From the IMG/VR virus record IMGVR_UViG_3300010429_000981, positions 13,722 through 77,721 of that record: a stretch of 64,000 nucleotides of DNA, one strand, 5' to 3'. Numbering within the stretch: position 1 is the stretch's first letter; the number at the start of each line of letters is the position of its first letter. This document shows, one piece after another, positions 43,560-54,604 of the stretch. Position numbers and translations under genes: made by a program. The DNA is from a virus. Its lineage: Duplodnaviria; Caudoviricetes. The notes under the pieces were generated by a model. That model saw nothing but the letters and a program-made list of their open reading frames with translations, made no database searches and was not told the DNA's origin.

Positions 43560-46331
43560 ATGCCTTCTATATTTAAGAACACATTAAAAACGTCTTTATT
43601 AACAAGTCTTTATAATGAAATAAAATATAATAATAACAATTACTATTATTATATCGCCAAACCTGATACTTGGGATGATGAAGAAGTAATACCAACACCG
43701 AGTAATACAATTTCTAATGAAGTTGCTACTCGAAATAATATTGTGTTTCTTAAAAAAATTACTATTAATGATTTAGCGTTTATCATTAATCGTTATGATT
43801 GGGAATATGGAACTTTTTTTGATAGGTATGATGATAAAGATAATACGATAGAAACTAAACATTTTTATTGTTTAACTTCAATGAATAATGTTTATAAATG
43901 TATAGATAACAATAACAATGGCCCTTCTACTGTTCAACCCTATGCAACTTCACAGAATATAATAAGTACCAGTGATGGGTATAAATGGAAATTTATGTAT
44001 AATATTCCTATTGCTATGCGAGATAAGTTTCTGACAAGTGATTTTATGCCAGTTACTAATGCCGTTAGTAATGAACATTACACCAGAGGTTCTATTTACT
44101 CTGCTACCGTTGCTAATTATGGATATGGTTATGGTTATAATACTACTTTAACAGTATCAGGCAATGGTTATCAAAAAAATAATAAATTATTAATTACTGG
44201 GAATATATTAAACAATAAAGGTTCTGGGTATCTTTATACACCAGATATTATTGTTAACAATCCTTATGATGCTGTTCCATTTACATTAAATACTGAATAT
44301 TTATTAGGACAATATGTAGAATATAATGGTAGAATTTATGATGTCGTAAAGGCGGGTATTTCTTCTGCTAATATTTATCCAACTCATACTTGTTTATGTG
44401 ATGATCCTGTTTCCAATGGAACTCTTTCATTATCTTTTGTAGGGAAACCTCTTAACGGTTCTGTTATATTAAGTAATGATTACACTATTAATAGTATTAG
44501 TTTTGAATTATTTGTGGGTGAAATAATCATGTCTAATTCTGGATATGGTTATACTGATGCTACCGTTGTCATTAGTGATCCTCCTGCTGGTACCGGTCAT
44601 GTTGCTGCTACAGGTATATGTAATGTTATTAATGGTAGAGTATCTTCTATCTCTATTACTAATACCGGAATAGGTTATAATAATTCTGAGTATTATGTTG
44701 TAACTATTTCAGAACCATTCTCTGGTTATATTGATTTTTCTGGTAATTCATCTATATCTGTTGATGATATTATTAAACATGGTTATAATTATTATAAAGC
44801 ATTGGCTGATGGGACTTTATCAAGTGTTGGTCCTACTCATGATATCGGAATAGTATTAAATGGAGACGTTAATTTAGAATATGTTGGTCAACAGGCTACT
44901 GCTAATATTAAATTATTTTATGGATATGGATATTCAGTAGATCCTATTATTACTATAGAACCACCTCAATTATATAGTATTTCTAATAATAATTATTACA
45001 CATTTGTTGAACGAAATACTGCTTTTGATCCAATTGCCGTAGATAAACATTCATTAATAAGATATAGTGATAATTATTATATTGTCGATGATGATAATGT
45101 AACATTAAGTAATACAGAAGAACCCCTACATACCACTGGGTCAATAAATAATTTAGCATTTATTGCTACTATAAAAGAATTTAATGAAGCAGGAGTTGAT
45201 TTAGTAATAGGAGAATTTTTATTAGTTAAGCCAGAAGGTGAAACAAATAGAATGTATGAGGTAATGGCTAATATTACTAATCTAACATCTATTCCTACTC
45301 ATATTGATGGTACTACAAATAACCTTAAATATATTCCGCTAATATTGCCTAGTATAACTATTAATACTGAAAAAAGTGCTGCTAGATTCACTCCTATCAT
45401 TGAAAACACTCAAATTACTGGGGTTGTATGTAATGATCCTGGTGTTGGTTATACTTATGCTACAATTACTGCCAATGAATCTTATTATGGTGTCGGTGCT
45501 AATGTAGATATTAGACCAGATATTATTTATGGTAATTCTAGCACTAAACAAGATTATATAGAATTAAGTGCTATTCCTGGAACTATTGAATGTATGAGAG
45601 TAGAAGTACCCGGAGTTTATTGGACACCCCCTACTTTAACAGTGATGGGTGATGGATTTGAATGCACTGCTACTCCAATATTAACAGGTAGAGCTATTAC
45701 CGGTGTTACTATTACTAATCCAGGACACGATTATTCTTATGCTAATATTATTATCACCAGAGATTTAGGAGATGATAATACCGAGGATGCTATAATTACT
45801 CCATTAATATCTCCTCAATCTGGGCACTGTAAAAACGCTATTACTGAATTATACACTACTGCCTTAGGAATAGGAACTACTTTATCAGATGAAAGAATAA
45901 ATGGATTTACTCTTAATAATGAATATAGACAATTTGGTATTATTAAAAATCCATTACAATATTCTTCTAATTTACGCTTTAATAAATCAATAGGTTCCGG
46001 TTGTTTTACTATTTTATGTCAATTAAATAGCGGTACTCTTGATCTTTCTTTGCCTATAACTGATATAAATAATAATGAATATAGTATTTTAGGTTCTACG
46101 ATTACTACTATGCCAACCACTCATATTAATTTATTATTACATCCTAAAGCAAATAGTAAATTAGTACTTGGACAAACATTATATCAAGGACCAAAACAAT
46201 TAATTATCATTTCTATTGATTATCCAGACATCAACAAACAAACTGGAGAATTATTATTAATTGACAATAGAGAAGCATTTCTTCCCAATAATGAACAAAC
46301 TGTAGTATTAAAAACCGTCATCAACTTTTAA
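43560..46331 (+). CDS. 8: baseplate wedge protein gp8-like, extended
   Basis: RYDW..G..FD.Y, VYKC.DNNN..PST.QP, DGY.WKFMY.I, FR/YRQFGIIKNP, IDNR. Confidence 0.8.
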   Translation: MPSIFKNTLKTSLLTSLYNEIKYNNNNYYYYIAKPDTWDDEEVIPTPSNTISNEVATRNNIVFLKKITINDLAFIINRYDWEYGTFFDRYDDKDNTIETKHFYCLTSMNNVYKCIDNNNNGPSTVQPYATSQNIISTSDGYKWKFMYNIPIAMRDKFLTSDFMPVTNAVSNEHYTRGSIYSATVANYGYGYGYNTTLTVSGNGYQKNNKLLITGNILNNKGSGYLYTPDIIVNNPYDAVPFTLNTEYLLGQYVEYNGRIYDVVKAGISSANIYPTHTCLCDDPVSNGTLSLSFVGKPLNGSVILSNDYTINSISFELFVGEIIMSNSGYGYTDATVVISDPPAGTGHVAATGICNVINGRVSSISITNTGIGYNNSEYYVVTISEPFSGYIDFSGNSSISVDDIIKHGYNYYKALADGTLSSVGPTHDIGIVLNGDVNLEYVGQQATANIKLFYGYGYSVDPIITIEPPQLYSISNNNYYTFVERNTAFDPIAVDKHSLIRYSDNYYIVDDDNVTLSNTEEPLHTTGSINNLAFIATIKEFNEAGVDLVIGEFLLVKPEGETNRMYEVMANITNLTSIPTHIDGTTNNLKYIPLILPSITINTEKSAARFTPIIENTQITGVVCNDPGVGYTYATITANESYYGVGANVDIRPDIIYGNSSTKQDYIELSAIPGTIECMRVEVPGVYWTPPTLTVMGDGFECTATPILTGRAITGVTITNPGHDYSYANIIITRDLGDDNTEDAIITPLISPQSGHCKNAITELYTTALGIGTTLSDERINGFTLNNEYRQFGIIKNPLQYSSNLRFNKSIGSGCFTILCQLNSGTLDLSLPITDINNNEYSILGSTITTMPTTHINLLLHPKANSKLVLGQTLYQGPKQLIIISIDYPDINKQTGELLLIDNREAFLPNNEQTVVLKTVINF

Positions 46332-46344
46332 GAGATTTTTATAA

Positions 46345-49300
46345 ATGGCAATCAATTTCAATTCCTATCCTTATTTTGATGATTATGATCCAGAAAAGAA
46401 TTTCTATAAAATTTTATTCAAACCTGGATATGCGGTTCAAAGTAGAGAACTTAATCAATTACAATCTATTTCCCAGCATCAAATTTCTACATTTGCTAAT
46501 CATATATTTAAGAAAAACTCCATGGTTATTCCTGGTGGTGTTGTATTAAATACTAAAGCAGATATTTTATTTGTTACTAATATTAATGTTACTAATTTAA
46601 TTGGTAAAACCATTACTAATGCTCCATTAATAGATGGATTTTATCCTAATACTGCGGGATATTTTGACAATTATATTACTGCGGTAGTATTAGGTAGTTC
46701 CCCCGCTACCGATGATTATCCTACTTGTTTATACATAAAATACTTTAATTCATATAATGTTACTGGTGAAGAAAATAGAATGCATTTTCTTAATACAGAT
46801 ACAGTATATACTATTGAAGATAATCCTACTCAAATAGTGATTGATATTAAAGGTGCTAATGTTGGTAAAGTTGTATCTATTGATAAAGGGGTGTTTTATA
46901 CTAAAGAATTATTTGTAGATGTTTATACACAAAATCTCATTGTTGAACCAGAAAACAATACCATCACTAATTGCATTATTGGGTTAAATATTATTGAATC
47001 AATTGTAGATTCCTATCAAGATGAATCATTATTAGATAATGCTCAGGGACATCCTAATCAATATGCTCCTGGTGCTGATCGTTATAAAATAGAACTAATT
47101 CTTACCAGAACAGATAAAAACACTATAATTGATGAAGAAAAATTCATTCAATTAATGACTATTGAAAACGATGTCATTACTTATTTGAATAATAATACTC
47201 AATATGCCGAATTATTAAAAACATTAGCCAAAAGAACTTATGATGCTAATGGTAATTTTATTGTTAATGGGCTAAAAACTTCAGTAAATAAGTCTTATAC
47301 TGATGATTATATTTGGGTTGGTGTGGGTAGAGGTGATTGTTATTTGGGTGGCTATGAATATAATCAATTACATGATGTAAACATTCCTATTGCAAAACCT
47401 AGAGATATATACCATACCGAAGAAAAGCCCTTAGTATCTACTTTCCTAGACAACATGCCATTTTTTTATGTGGCAGGTGGTAATAATTTTAATGATTTAG
47501 GGGTTGAACAACCGTTTTTAACACATTTACCAGAAAAAAACGAATTAGTTCAATTTATTAATAATAGACCAGGGCCAGGTATTACCAGTAATGTTGTTGG
47601 TTACGGTGTGTATAAAGAATTACAATATTATGCAGGAGATATTGCAGATAATATAGGTGAAAAAAGTACAGCAATTTATAAAATGTATTTCGACAATATT
47701 ACCATAGAATCTGGTTATTCAATAAATGATATAGGTGGTTATAAGAAAATTGGTGCCGAAGATATTGGTGCTCCTATTCTGTGTGAGTTAAATATTAGTG
47801 GTGCAGTAACAACCTTCGAATATTTTGATAACAGTGGTGATGGGGATATGTTTAGCAATACAAATATGAACATATTTGCTGCTGATGATATAAATAATCC
47901 TCCTCTTAGTTGGGTACCTTACTATGTAACTTATAATAAAATATATGTTATAAAAACACTTAAAACTAATAAAATTCTATCTAGTGAAGTAATTAGAAAT
48001 ATTAATTATTCTGCCACGTTAGTATCTGCCTTTATTACTAATTATTCTAATGAATATTATCCATTAATAAAATTAGATAATTCTACTATTAAAACAACAA
48101 AAAGATTGGATAATAATGAAGTCATTAACGATTTATCTTATTCAGTAATAAAAGCCTATGATGCAACTATAACTACTAATGGTGTAGATACTGGTATAAA
48201 TGGGTTTAGGGTTGATAGTGAACCAAGTTCTTATTTTGAAGATTATTCTATAAATGATTATAGCGCATTTAAGAAAACTGTTGCTGGTTATATTAATATT
48301 CCACTTGGTACAGGTATAATAAAATTTAATAGCACCTTTACTACGTTATCTTTTCATGCACCTAATGATATTGCGATTAATACTGATATTGTTCTTTATA
48401 CAACATTAATTAAAAATGAAGTTGCTCACTCTAATAATTCACCAGAAACCGCTACAGTAGTAATTCCTACTCCGTCTAAATCATGGATTGCATTAGGGCA
48501 TCAAAACATTCAAGAAATACTTTCAATCAAAGATTCTGGTGATATTAATGTTGCTCCTAATATTAACAATAGTATAGATATTACTAATAGATACATTTTT
48601 GAATCAGGGGCTAACGCTACCAGTATCAATACCGGATTTATTAAATTAAAAAGAAATAATGCTCCACCTATCGGCCAAATATCAGTAAACTATACTTACT
48701 ACAAACAAACTGATGGATCATATTCATGTGTTGATAGTTATGGTGATTTTCGAAGTGATGATTTATCTTATATTGGAAGAATAAGAGATGTAAAAGGCAA
48801 TAATAAAGAAACTGTTAATATTAGAAATTGTATTGATTTTAGAACTACTTATTCTAATTATTTCTTTAAGAATTATGGTAGAATAATTGCTGCTAACAAC
48901 CTTGTATACTTAAAAGATATCAATTTATCCTTATTTGCTGCTAGGTTTAGTGATATTAATAATAGATTACGTATAATTGGTCCGGGTATTCCTAACGGTG
49001 CTGATATATCTTCTATATCTATTAATTCTATTACTGGTGATAGTGTTATAAATTTAACTATTGATGCGATACCAGCCTCAGGAACATATTATATTGGATT
49101 AACATCAAATAATAGTTTGGTAGATACTACTGCTGTTACTTATGGTCTAGGTAAAGAATATACTTATCCAAAAGATTTAGCCAGAATTACCTATTCTTAT
49201 ACTAAATTCCTGCCTAAACATATCCATCTTTATGTCAATCGTGAAAAAGATTCTCTAAAAATAGATCATAAAGAAGTTTCTGGGTATCAGGAAATATTAC

Positions 49301-50274
49301 AATTCAGAAGAAATGAATATAAATTACCATTAGCCTATATCTATATGTATCCCTATACTATTGATATTAATGAAGTATCTATAGAGAAATTTGCCAATCC
49401 AGTATATAAAATGTTAGATATTCATGATATTAAAGAACGGGTAGATCGTAATGAATATTATACCTCATTAGCATTAAATAGAGATATGCATCAAGAAATT
49501 GTAGATGCTACTGTTGAAGGTGCTACTGAAGCCGCCCGTGGTATGTGGAACGAAGATTTTGAGGATGCTTTTAGTCAAGATTATAATTCTGATGATTATA
49601 AATGCACCATCTATGATAAATCTTATTTAAGTCCAGGAGTTATTACCAGAACTATTAATTTATCCCCAAAAAGTACTGAAGTGTCTGGCAATTATAAACA
49701 AACTGGTTCTACAGTCACATTACCCTACACTGAAGTAAAAGCCTTTGGTAATACTCCTGCTTCTACTTTTAATAATTTGAACCCTTATAATACAATGAAT
49801 TGGGAAGGTAAATTATCATTAAATCCAATGGTAGATAATTGGGTTGATACCGTTACATTACCTGTAGTAATTAAACCAATAACTATTAAACCAGATGAAT
49901 TACCTACTCCACCTATAGATTTACCTGAAATAATTCCAATGCCCCCAGTATATGTATTACCTCCAGTAATATTACCCCCTCCTCCTGAACCTATTGAGGA
50001 GATAGTTATTGAAATTTCTAATCTTAGGAAACAATGGGGTAAAGACTCAAAGAATGGATATCACGCCATCACTTTTGATTGGAAAACTAATTTAGGCAGA
50101 ACGGGTAGAGTAAATACTGACTCACATCTAAGTTTAGAAATAAGACGCAATGGTTGGGATGGTGTTTATGCTAAATCATTAAAAAATAAAAAATATAAAG
50201 ATATAGAGGTCAAGTCTTATTTACATGCAGGAAGACACTTTGACCAAAAAGACCCCTCAAAATGGCGTGTTTAA
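46345..50274 (+). CDS. large virion structural protein (DUF4815/VrlC-like N-terminal part)
   Basis: PYFDDYD..KNFY.ILF.PG.AVQ.RELNQLQS, APGADRYKI, A.RTYD..G.F.V, LEYYTSL-like NEYYTSL. Confidence 0.8.
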   Translation: MAINFNSYPYFDDYDPEKNFYKILFKPGYAVQSRELNQLQSISQHQISTFANHIFKKNSMVIPGGVVLNTKADILFVTNINVTNLIGKTITNAPLIDGFYPNTAGYFDNYITAVVLGSSPATDDYPTCLYIKYFNSYNVTGEENRMHFLNTDTVYTIEDNPTQIVIDIKGANVGKVVSIDKGVFYTKELFVDVYTQNLIVEPENNTITNCIIGLNIIESIVDSYQDESLLDNAQGHPNQYAPGADRYKIELILTRTDKNTIIDEEKFIQLMTIENDVITYLNNNTQYAELLKTLAKRTYDANGNFIVNGLKTSVNKSYTDDYIWVGVGRGDCYLGGYEYNQLHDVNIPIAKPRDIYHTEEKPLVSTFLDNMPFFYVAGGNNFNDLGVEQPFLTHLPEKNELVQFINNRPGPGITSNVVGYGVYKELQYYAGDIADNIGEKSTAIYKMYFDNITIESGYSINDIGGYKKIGAEDIGAPILCELNISGAVTTFEYFDNSGDGDMFSNTNMNIFAADDINNPPLSWVPYYVTYNKIYVIKTLKTNKILSSEVIRNINYSATLVSAFITNYSNEYYPLIKLDNSTIKTTKRLDNNEVINDLSYSVIKAYDATITTNGVDTGINGFRVDSEPSSYFEDYSINDYSAFKKTVAGYINIPLGTGIIKFNSTFTTLSFHAPNDIAINTDIVLYTTLIKNEVAHSNNSPETATVVIPTPSKSWIALGHQNIQEILSIKDSGDINVAPNINNSIDITNRYIFESGANATSINTGFIKLKRNNAPPIGQISVNYTYYKQTDGSYSCVDSYGDFRSDDLSYIGRIRDVKGNNKETVNIRNCIDFRTTYSNYFFKNYGRIIAANNLVYLKDINLSLFAARFSDINNRLRIIGPGIPNGADISSISINSITGDSVINLTIDAIPASGTYYIGLTSNNSLVDTTAVTYGLGKEYTYPKDLARITYSYTKFLPKHIHLYVNREKDSLKIDHKEVSGYQEILQFRRNEYKLPLAYIYMYPYTIDINEVSIEKFANPVYKMLDIHDIKERVDRNEYYTSLALNRDMHQEIVDATVEGATEAARGMWNEDFEDAFSQDYNSDDYKCTIYDKSYLSPGVITRTINLSPKSTEVSGNYKQTGSTVTLPYTEVKAFGNTPASTFNNLNPYNTMNWEGKLSLNPMVDNWVDTVTLPVVIKPITIKPDELPTPPIDLPEIIPMPPVYVLPPVILPPPPEPIEEIVIEISNLRKQWGKDSKNGYHAITFDWKTNLGRTGRVNTDSHLSLEIRRNGWDGVYAKSLKNKKYKDIEVKSYLHAGRHFDQKDPSKWRV

Positions 50275-50302
50275 CAAATACCGGTATAGGAATTAATAAA
50301 AT

Positions 50303-53197
50303 ATGGCTACAATAACTACAGGAACTAATATCGGTAGTATTAATCTATCTACAGTTACTAATACCGCAGAAATCGGTGAAACTTGGACGATCAATGAATC
50401 CGCTATTATGTATATGCGGCCAAAATGCGTAACTTTTACAGCACAAGGTCTAAAACCCAATACAAAATATTACCCCTTTTTTAATGGAGTAGATGTTTCT
50501 AAATTATGTTCTACACAAGATGGAGCATTTGTTTCTGATATTGTTACTGATAATATTGGATCAGTTATTGGTAATTTCTATTTACCTGCTGCTACATTTA
50601 TTTGTGGTTCCCATACTTTTTCTTTAGTAGATTCAGTTAAGACAATCGTTAATGATAATAATGTCAGTATTTATTTACCCGATCCTCAATATGGCTCAAC
50701 TTCTGCTGTTTATGAAGCCTCTGGTATATTAAAACAACAACAAAAACAAATAACTACATTAACTATTTTAGATACTCCTCCTGCTACTGGTAGTAGTGGT
50801 GGCGGTGGTGGCGGAACTTTACCAATTACTCCCCCTGTAATGCCTCCTCCAGTTGTTACACCGCCTATTATTATATATCCTCCAGTGCAAATACCGGAAC
50901 CTATTTTACCGCCATTTAGACCTAATCCATTAATTCATACGCCCCCTAGTCCTTCTGGTTTAGGTTGTGCTGAATGGTATTATGATTATACCATAACTTC
51001 TAATTCAGTAAAACCCAATTATACGGTTCCTTCTGCTAGTGCTACTCCTCCTGATATTAGCACTATTAGTACTGCGGGTAGTGGTATTATAGAAAAAAAT
51101 GCTAAGGCTACAATAACCTATGTAAAAACTGATAAAATATCTGATAATAAATGGAACCATGTTTATTCACTAAATGTTCCTGTTACTAATAAATTTAGAA
51201 GAACCTTTTATTGGGCTCATACTACAATTCCTCCTACTATAGCAGAAATAGATATTAACAAAAAACCCTCTGGTATATTATCAACTGATACATATAAACC
51301 ATTAATTCCAAAGGGTTCTTCCACTCCATGGATATTTAATAAATTGTTGGCTGGTTGTACAGTGGGAGCGGGTGGAGAAGCAAAACGTGTTGATCCATTG
51401 GCACAATCATTTTTTATTGATCCCTCTGTTTATCCAATGGGTGTGTTTATCACCAGTGTAGTGGTTTATTTCAAACATGTTGATCAATCAGTGCCAGTAA
51501 TTTTAGAATTAAGAGATATGAATAATGGATTACCTGGTTCTAATGTATTACCTGGCGGAAAAGTAGTATTACCTGGAAACAGTGTTTCTCAAAGTGATAA
51601 TGCTTCTATTGGAACTGTATTCGGATTAGATCAGCCGGTCTATTTATCGCCCGCTACTGATTTTTGTTTTGTATTAAAATCTACTTCATTAAGTTATGAT
51701 GTTTGGTGTTCAAGATTTGGTGATATTGATATTGTTAGTGGTAAAGTAATTGATGAACAACCATTTAATGGAGTATTATTCAAATCTTCTAATGATTCTA
51801 CTTGGACTCCTAATCAATATGAAGATATAAAATTTGATATTAATATTGCAGAATTTAATACTGATGATCCCTCTATAGTATCATTAGTTCCCCAATATTT
51901 TATGCTAGGAGATAGAAAACTATACTATAATACTAAACAAGTATTACCATTATCATTTATTCATACTACTGTTGGTTCATCATTAGTAAAAATATATTTA
52001 CCAATGCATGGTCTTATTAATTCTGATAAAGTATTTATTGGTGATTTCCCTGGTGTTAGTACTCCTTCTGTAACTGCTTATAATGGTATTCCTTATAGTA
52101 ATTTCAAAAATGGGGAATTTACTGCTACTATTATAGATGAAGATTATATTACTATTGATGTAGGAGCAAATGCAACATTAACCGGTAATATCTTTATTGG
52201 TGATACTAATCAATTAATTGACGCTACTCCTATTGATAATAATTTTACCAGAAGTTATGAAGAGGCTATTCCATTTAATAATGAAGATAATAAATCATTA
52301 AATATTGCTCCTGTTGGCGCTGTTTTATCAATACCAACATCTCCAATATCAATTACTGCTGCTTCTTTTGAAATTTATACTAATATTATTGTTAATGAAT
52401 TAATGATTGATTATCTTGGAACTGAATTACCTTCAACTAATATTACCGAAAGTATTACTTTAACACAAGCAAGTGCAAATGGTGGTAATCAATATGAATC
52501 ACAAACAACTGCTGAAATAGATAATAATAATAAATTTTATGTATTTGAATCTTCACAATTAATTGTATCCGGTGATAATGAGCAATTTATGGATACAGCA
52601 GATAAACCTAACAATTCATTAGTTACTCTTGAATTAAAATCTAATGATAAAACTATATCACCTACTATTGAATTGAATGGTATGTCATTAATAGTAAAAA
52701 CTAATAAAATTGATAATCAAAATGGTGAAATAGATGATATATTTACTACATATCCTAATGAGTTAGCGACTTACTTAAATGATTCTGATCTTAATACAGA
52801 AATTAATTCTGGAACAGGAATTGCTAATGCTAAGTATAAAAGTAAGGTAGTTCAAATAAAATCAGAGTCAGAGGCAAAAAGATTAAGTATTTTTATTACT
52901 GGTAATTGTCCTAGTCCTGCTGCTATTGATGTCTATGTCAGATTATCTACCGATGAAAGTACCCATAGAGATAATGAATGGCGCTGGGTTCCATTAGCCA
53001 ACCCTAAATTAGACACAATGGATTATACTAAAAGATTCATAAATAGTATAAATAATAGTGTGATAAACGAATGGTATTATGAATATATTTCTACTACAGT
53101 ATTTTCAGTATTCGATATAAAATTAGTAATGAGAACAACTAACAATAGTATTATTCCTAAAATATATGGAATTCGTACTATCAATAATAAAGTATAG
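50303..53197 (+). CDS. large virion structural protein (DUF4815/VrlC-like C-terminal part)
   Basis: YMRP....F.A.GLKPNT..YPFF.G, DPLAQSF.I, G.FITS...YF, FKS.N..TW. Confidence 0.75.
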   Translation: MATITTGTNIGSINLSTVTNTAEIGETWTINESAIMYMRPKCVTFTAQGLKPNTKYYPFFNGVDVSKLCSTQDGAFVSDIVTDNIGSVIGNFYLPAATFICGSHTFSLVDSVKTIVNDNNVSIYLPDPQYGSTSAVYEASGILKQQQKQITTLTILDTPPATGSSGGGGGGTLPITPPVMPPPVVTPPIIIYPPVQIPEPILPPFRPNPLIHTPPSPSGLGCAEWYYDYTITSNSVKPNYTVPSASATPPDISTISTAGSGIIEKNAKATITYVKTDKISDNKWNHVYSLNVPVTNKFRRTFYWAHTTIPPTIAEIDINKKPSGILSTDTYKPLIPKGSSTPWIFNKLLAGCTVGAGGEAKRVDPLAQSFFIDPSVYPMGVFITSVVVYFKHVDQSVPVILELRDMNNGLPGSNVLPGGKVVLPGNSVSQSDNASIGTVFGLDQPVYLSPATDFCFVLKSTSLSYDVWCSRFGDIDIVSGKVIDEQPFNGVLFKSSNDSTWTPNQYEDIKFDINIAEFNTDDPSIVSLVPQYFMLGDRKLYYNTKQVLPLSFIHTTVGSSLVKIYLPMHGLINSDKVFIGDFPGVSTPSVTAYNGIPYSNFKNGEFTATIIDEDYITIDVGANATLTGNIFIGDTNQLIDATPIDNNFTRSYEEAIPFNNEDNKSLNIAPVGAVLSIPTSPISITAASFEIYTNIIVNELMIDYLGTELPSTNITESITLTQASANGGNQYESQTTAEIDNNNKFYVFESSQLIVSGDNEQFMDTADKPNNSLVTLELKSNDKTISPTIELNGMSLIVKTNKIDNQNGEIDDIFTTYPNELATYLNDSDLNTEINSGTGIANAKYKSKVVQIKSESEAKRLSIFITGNCPSPAAIDVYVRLSTDESTHRDNEWRWVPLANPKLDTMDYTKRFINSINNSVINEWYYEYISTTVFSVFDIKLVMRTTNNSIIPKIYGIRTINNKV

Positions 53198-53205
53198 GAT
53201 AATAT

Positions 53206-54603
53206 ATGTCATTAACATTACGCAGAACTAAATTATCACCTCTTACTAATGATGAATTAGATGATAATTTTAATGCTTTATCCGCTGATATTGACACTTT
53301 GTCTAGCAATATTGCAGTACTTTTATCCGGTATTACTTCTGATATCATTGATTTGAGTGCTAATCTTGCTACTAAACAAAACGCACATAATAAATTAACT
53401 ACTTTATCTAATGCTACTACTAATGGATTATTAATTAATTCCAATAATACATTAGTAATAAAATCATTAATTAATACCGATGGTAATATTACAATCACTA
53501 ATCCTACTGGTACTGAAACTGGTAATATTAGTATTGATTTTAGTAAAGAGATTGTTGATTTATCTTCTTCTCAAATTATTACTGGTAAAATTATATCAGG
53601 ATTAACTAACACCCTTAGTAATATTCCTGCAACATCAATAACAGGAATTTTACCCGTTGCTAATGGTGGTACAGGTGCTAATACTGCTAGTAATGCCAGA
53701 ACTAATTTAGGGTTGGCTATCGGAGTTAATGTTCAGGGTTATAATGCTAATACCGTAATATCATCTAATACTAATCTGTTTAATAATGTTCAAACTTTTC
53801 ATGATAATTGTTTTATTCTACAAAATAGTAGTGATAGCGCAAAAAAGGCGGTTTTTAATTTAGCCAGTGTTTCACAATTAAGAACATTAACTATTCCAGA
53901 TAAAAATGGTATTATTGCTACTCTGGGGGATTTAGATGCTGTTGGTGGTTTAGTAGATGCTGATATTGGAGTAAAGGTATTAGCGTATAGTACTAATGTA
54001 GTTTATAAAAATGTTAGTAATACTTTCATGGATGATGGTGGCAATAATATTATCCAAACATTTAGAAGCAATAACTTCAGATTAGCAGATAGTACTAATA
54101 CCAATTCATTTACTAAATTTGATTTAAGTCAAATTCCAGTAAATAGTCAAATAACATTAACAATACCACAAACTTCTGGAGTAATTGCTTCTGAGGCATT
54201 TACTCGTCAATATGTATATGATATATTTAGGAATAATTCTGTTTATTCAGAAAATGGATATCAAAAATTACCTGGCGGATTAATTATGCAATGGGGTACT
54301 ACCTTTTATACTCCTACAATACAACCAGAAAGTTCAGACCCTACTAATCCATTAAACGATAGTCATTATCATGCTAAAACAGTAGGTTCTGCTACATTTC
54401 CTATACCTTTCCCTAATGGTTGTTCTTTTGTAGTAGCAGGTGGTAAAGATAACCTTAATTCGGATGGAAGTGATATGCTTGTAGGTGTTCATGGTAAAGA
54501 TACAAATGGATTTGTTTTTTATGTTCATAGAGTAGGTGGTTCAACTACTATGGATGAAACGAATCCTAATTTTGAAATTACTTATTTTGCCATAGGACAT
54601 TAA
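53206..54603 (+). CDS. tail fibre protein
   Basis: N-terminal R..K.SPLT..ELD.NF anchor, GILPVANGGTGA motif, C-terminal GYQKLPGGLIMQWG domain. Confidence 0.8.
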   Translation: MSLTLRRTKLSPLTNDELDDNFNALSADIDTLSSNIAVLLSGITSDIIDLSANLATKQNAHNKLTTLSNATTNGLLINSNNTLVIKSLINTDGNITITNPTGTETGNISIDFSKEIVDLSSSQIITGKIISGLTNTLSNIPATSITGILPVANGGTGANTASNARTNLGLAIGVNVQGYNANTVISSNTNLFNNVQTFHDNCFILQNSSDSAKKAVFNLASVSQLRTLTIPDKNGIIATLGDLDAVGGLVDADIGVKVLAYSTNVVYKNVSNTFMDDGGNNIIQTFRSNNFRLADSTNTNSFTKFDLSQIPVNSQITLTIPQTSGVIASEAFTRQYVYDIFRNNSVYSENGYQKLPGGLIMQWGTTFYTPTIQPESSDPTNPLNDSHYHAKTVGSATFPIPFPNGCSFVVAGGKDNLNSDGSDMLVGVHGKDTNGFVFYVHRVGGSTTMDETNPNFEITYFAIGH

Positions 54604-54604
54604 T

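Noticed and set aside
50274..50303. Break between the two DUF4815-like ORFs as a sequencing error or pseudogene
   Set aside because: Clean stop, 28-bp spacer, AGGAA RBS and ATG; both ORFs are long and intact.
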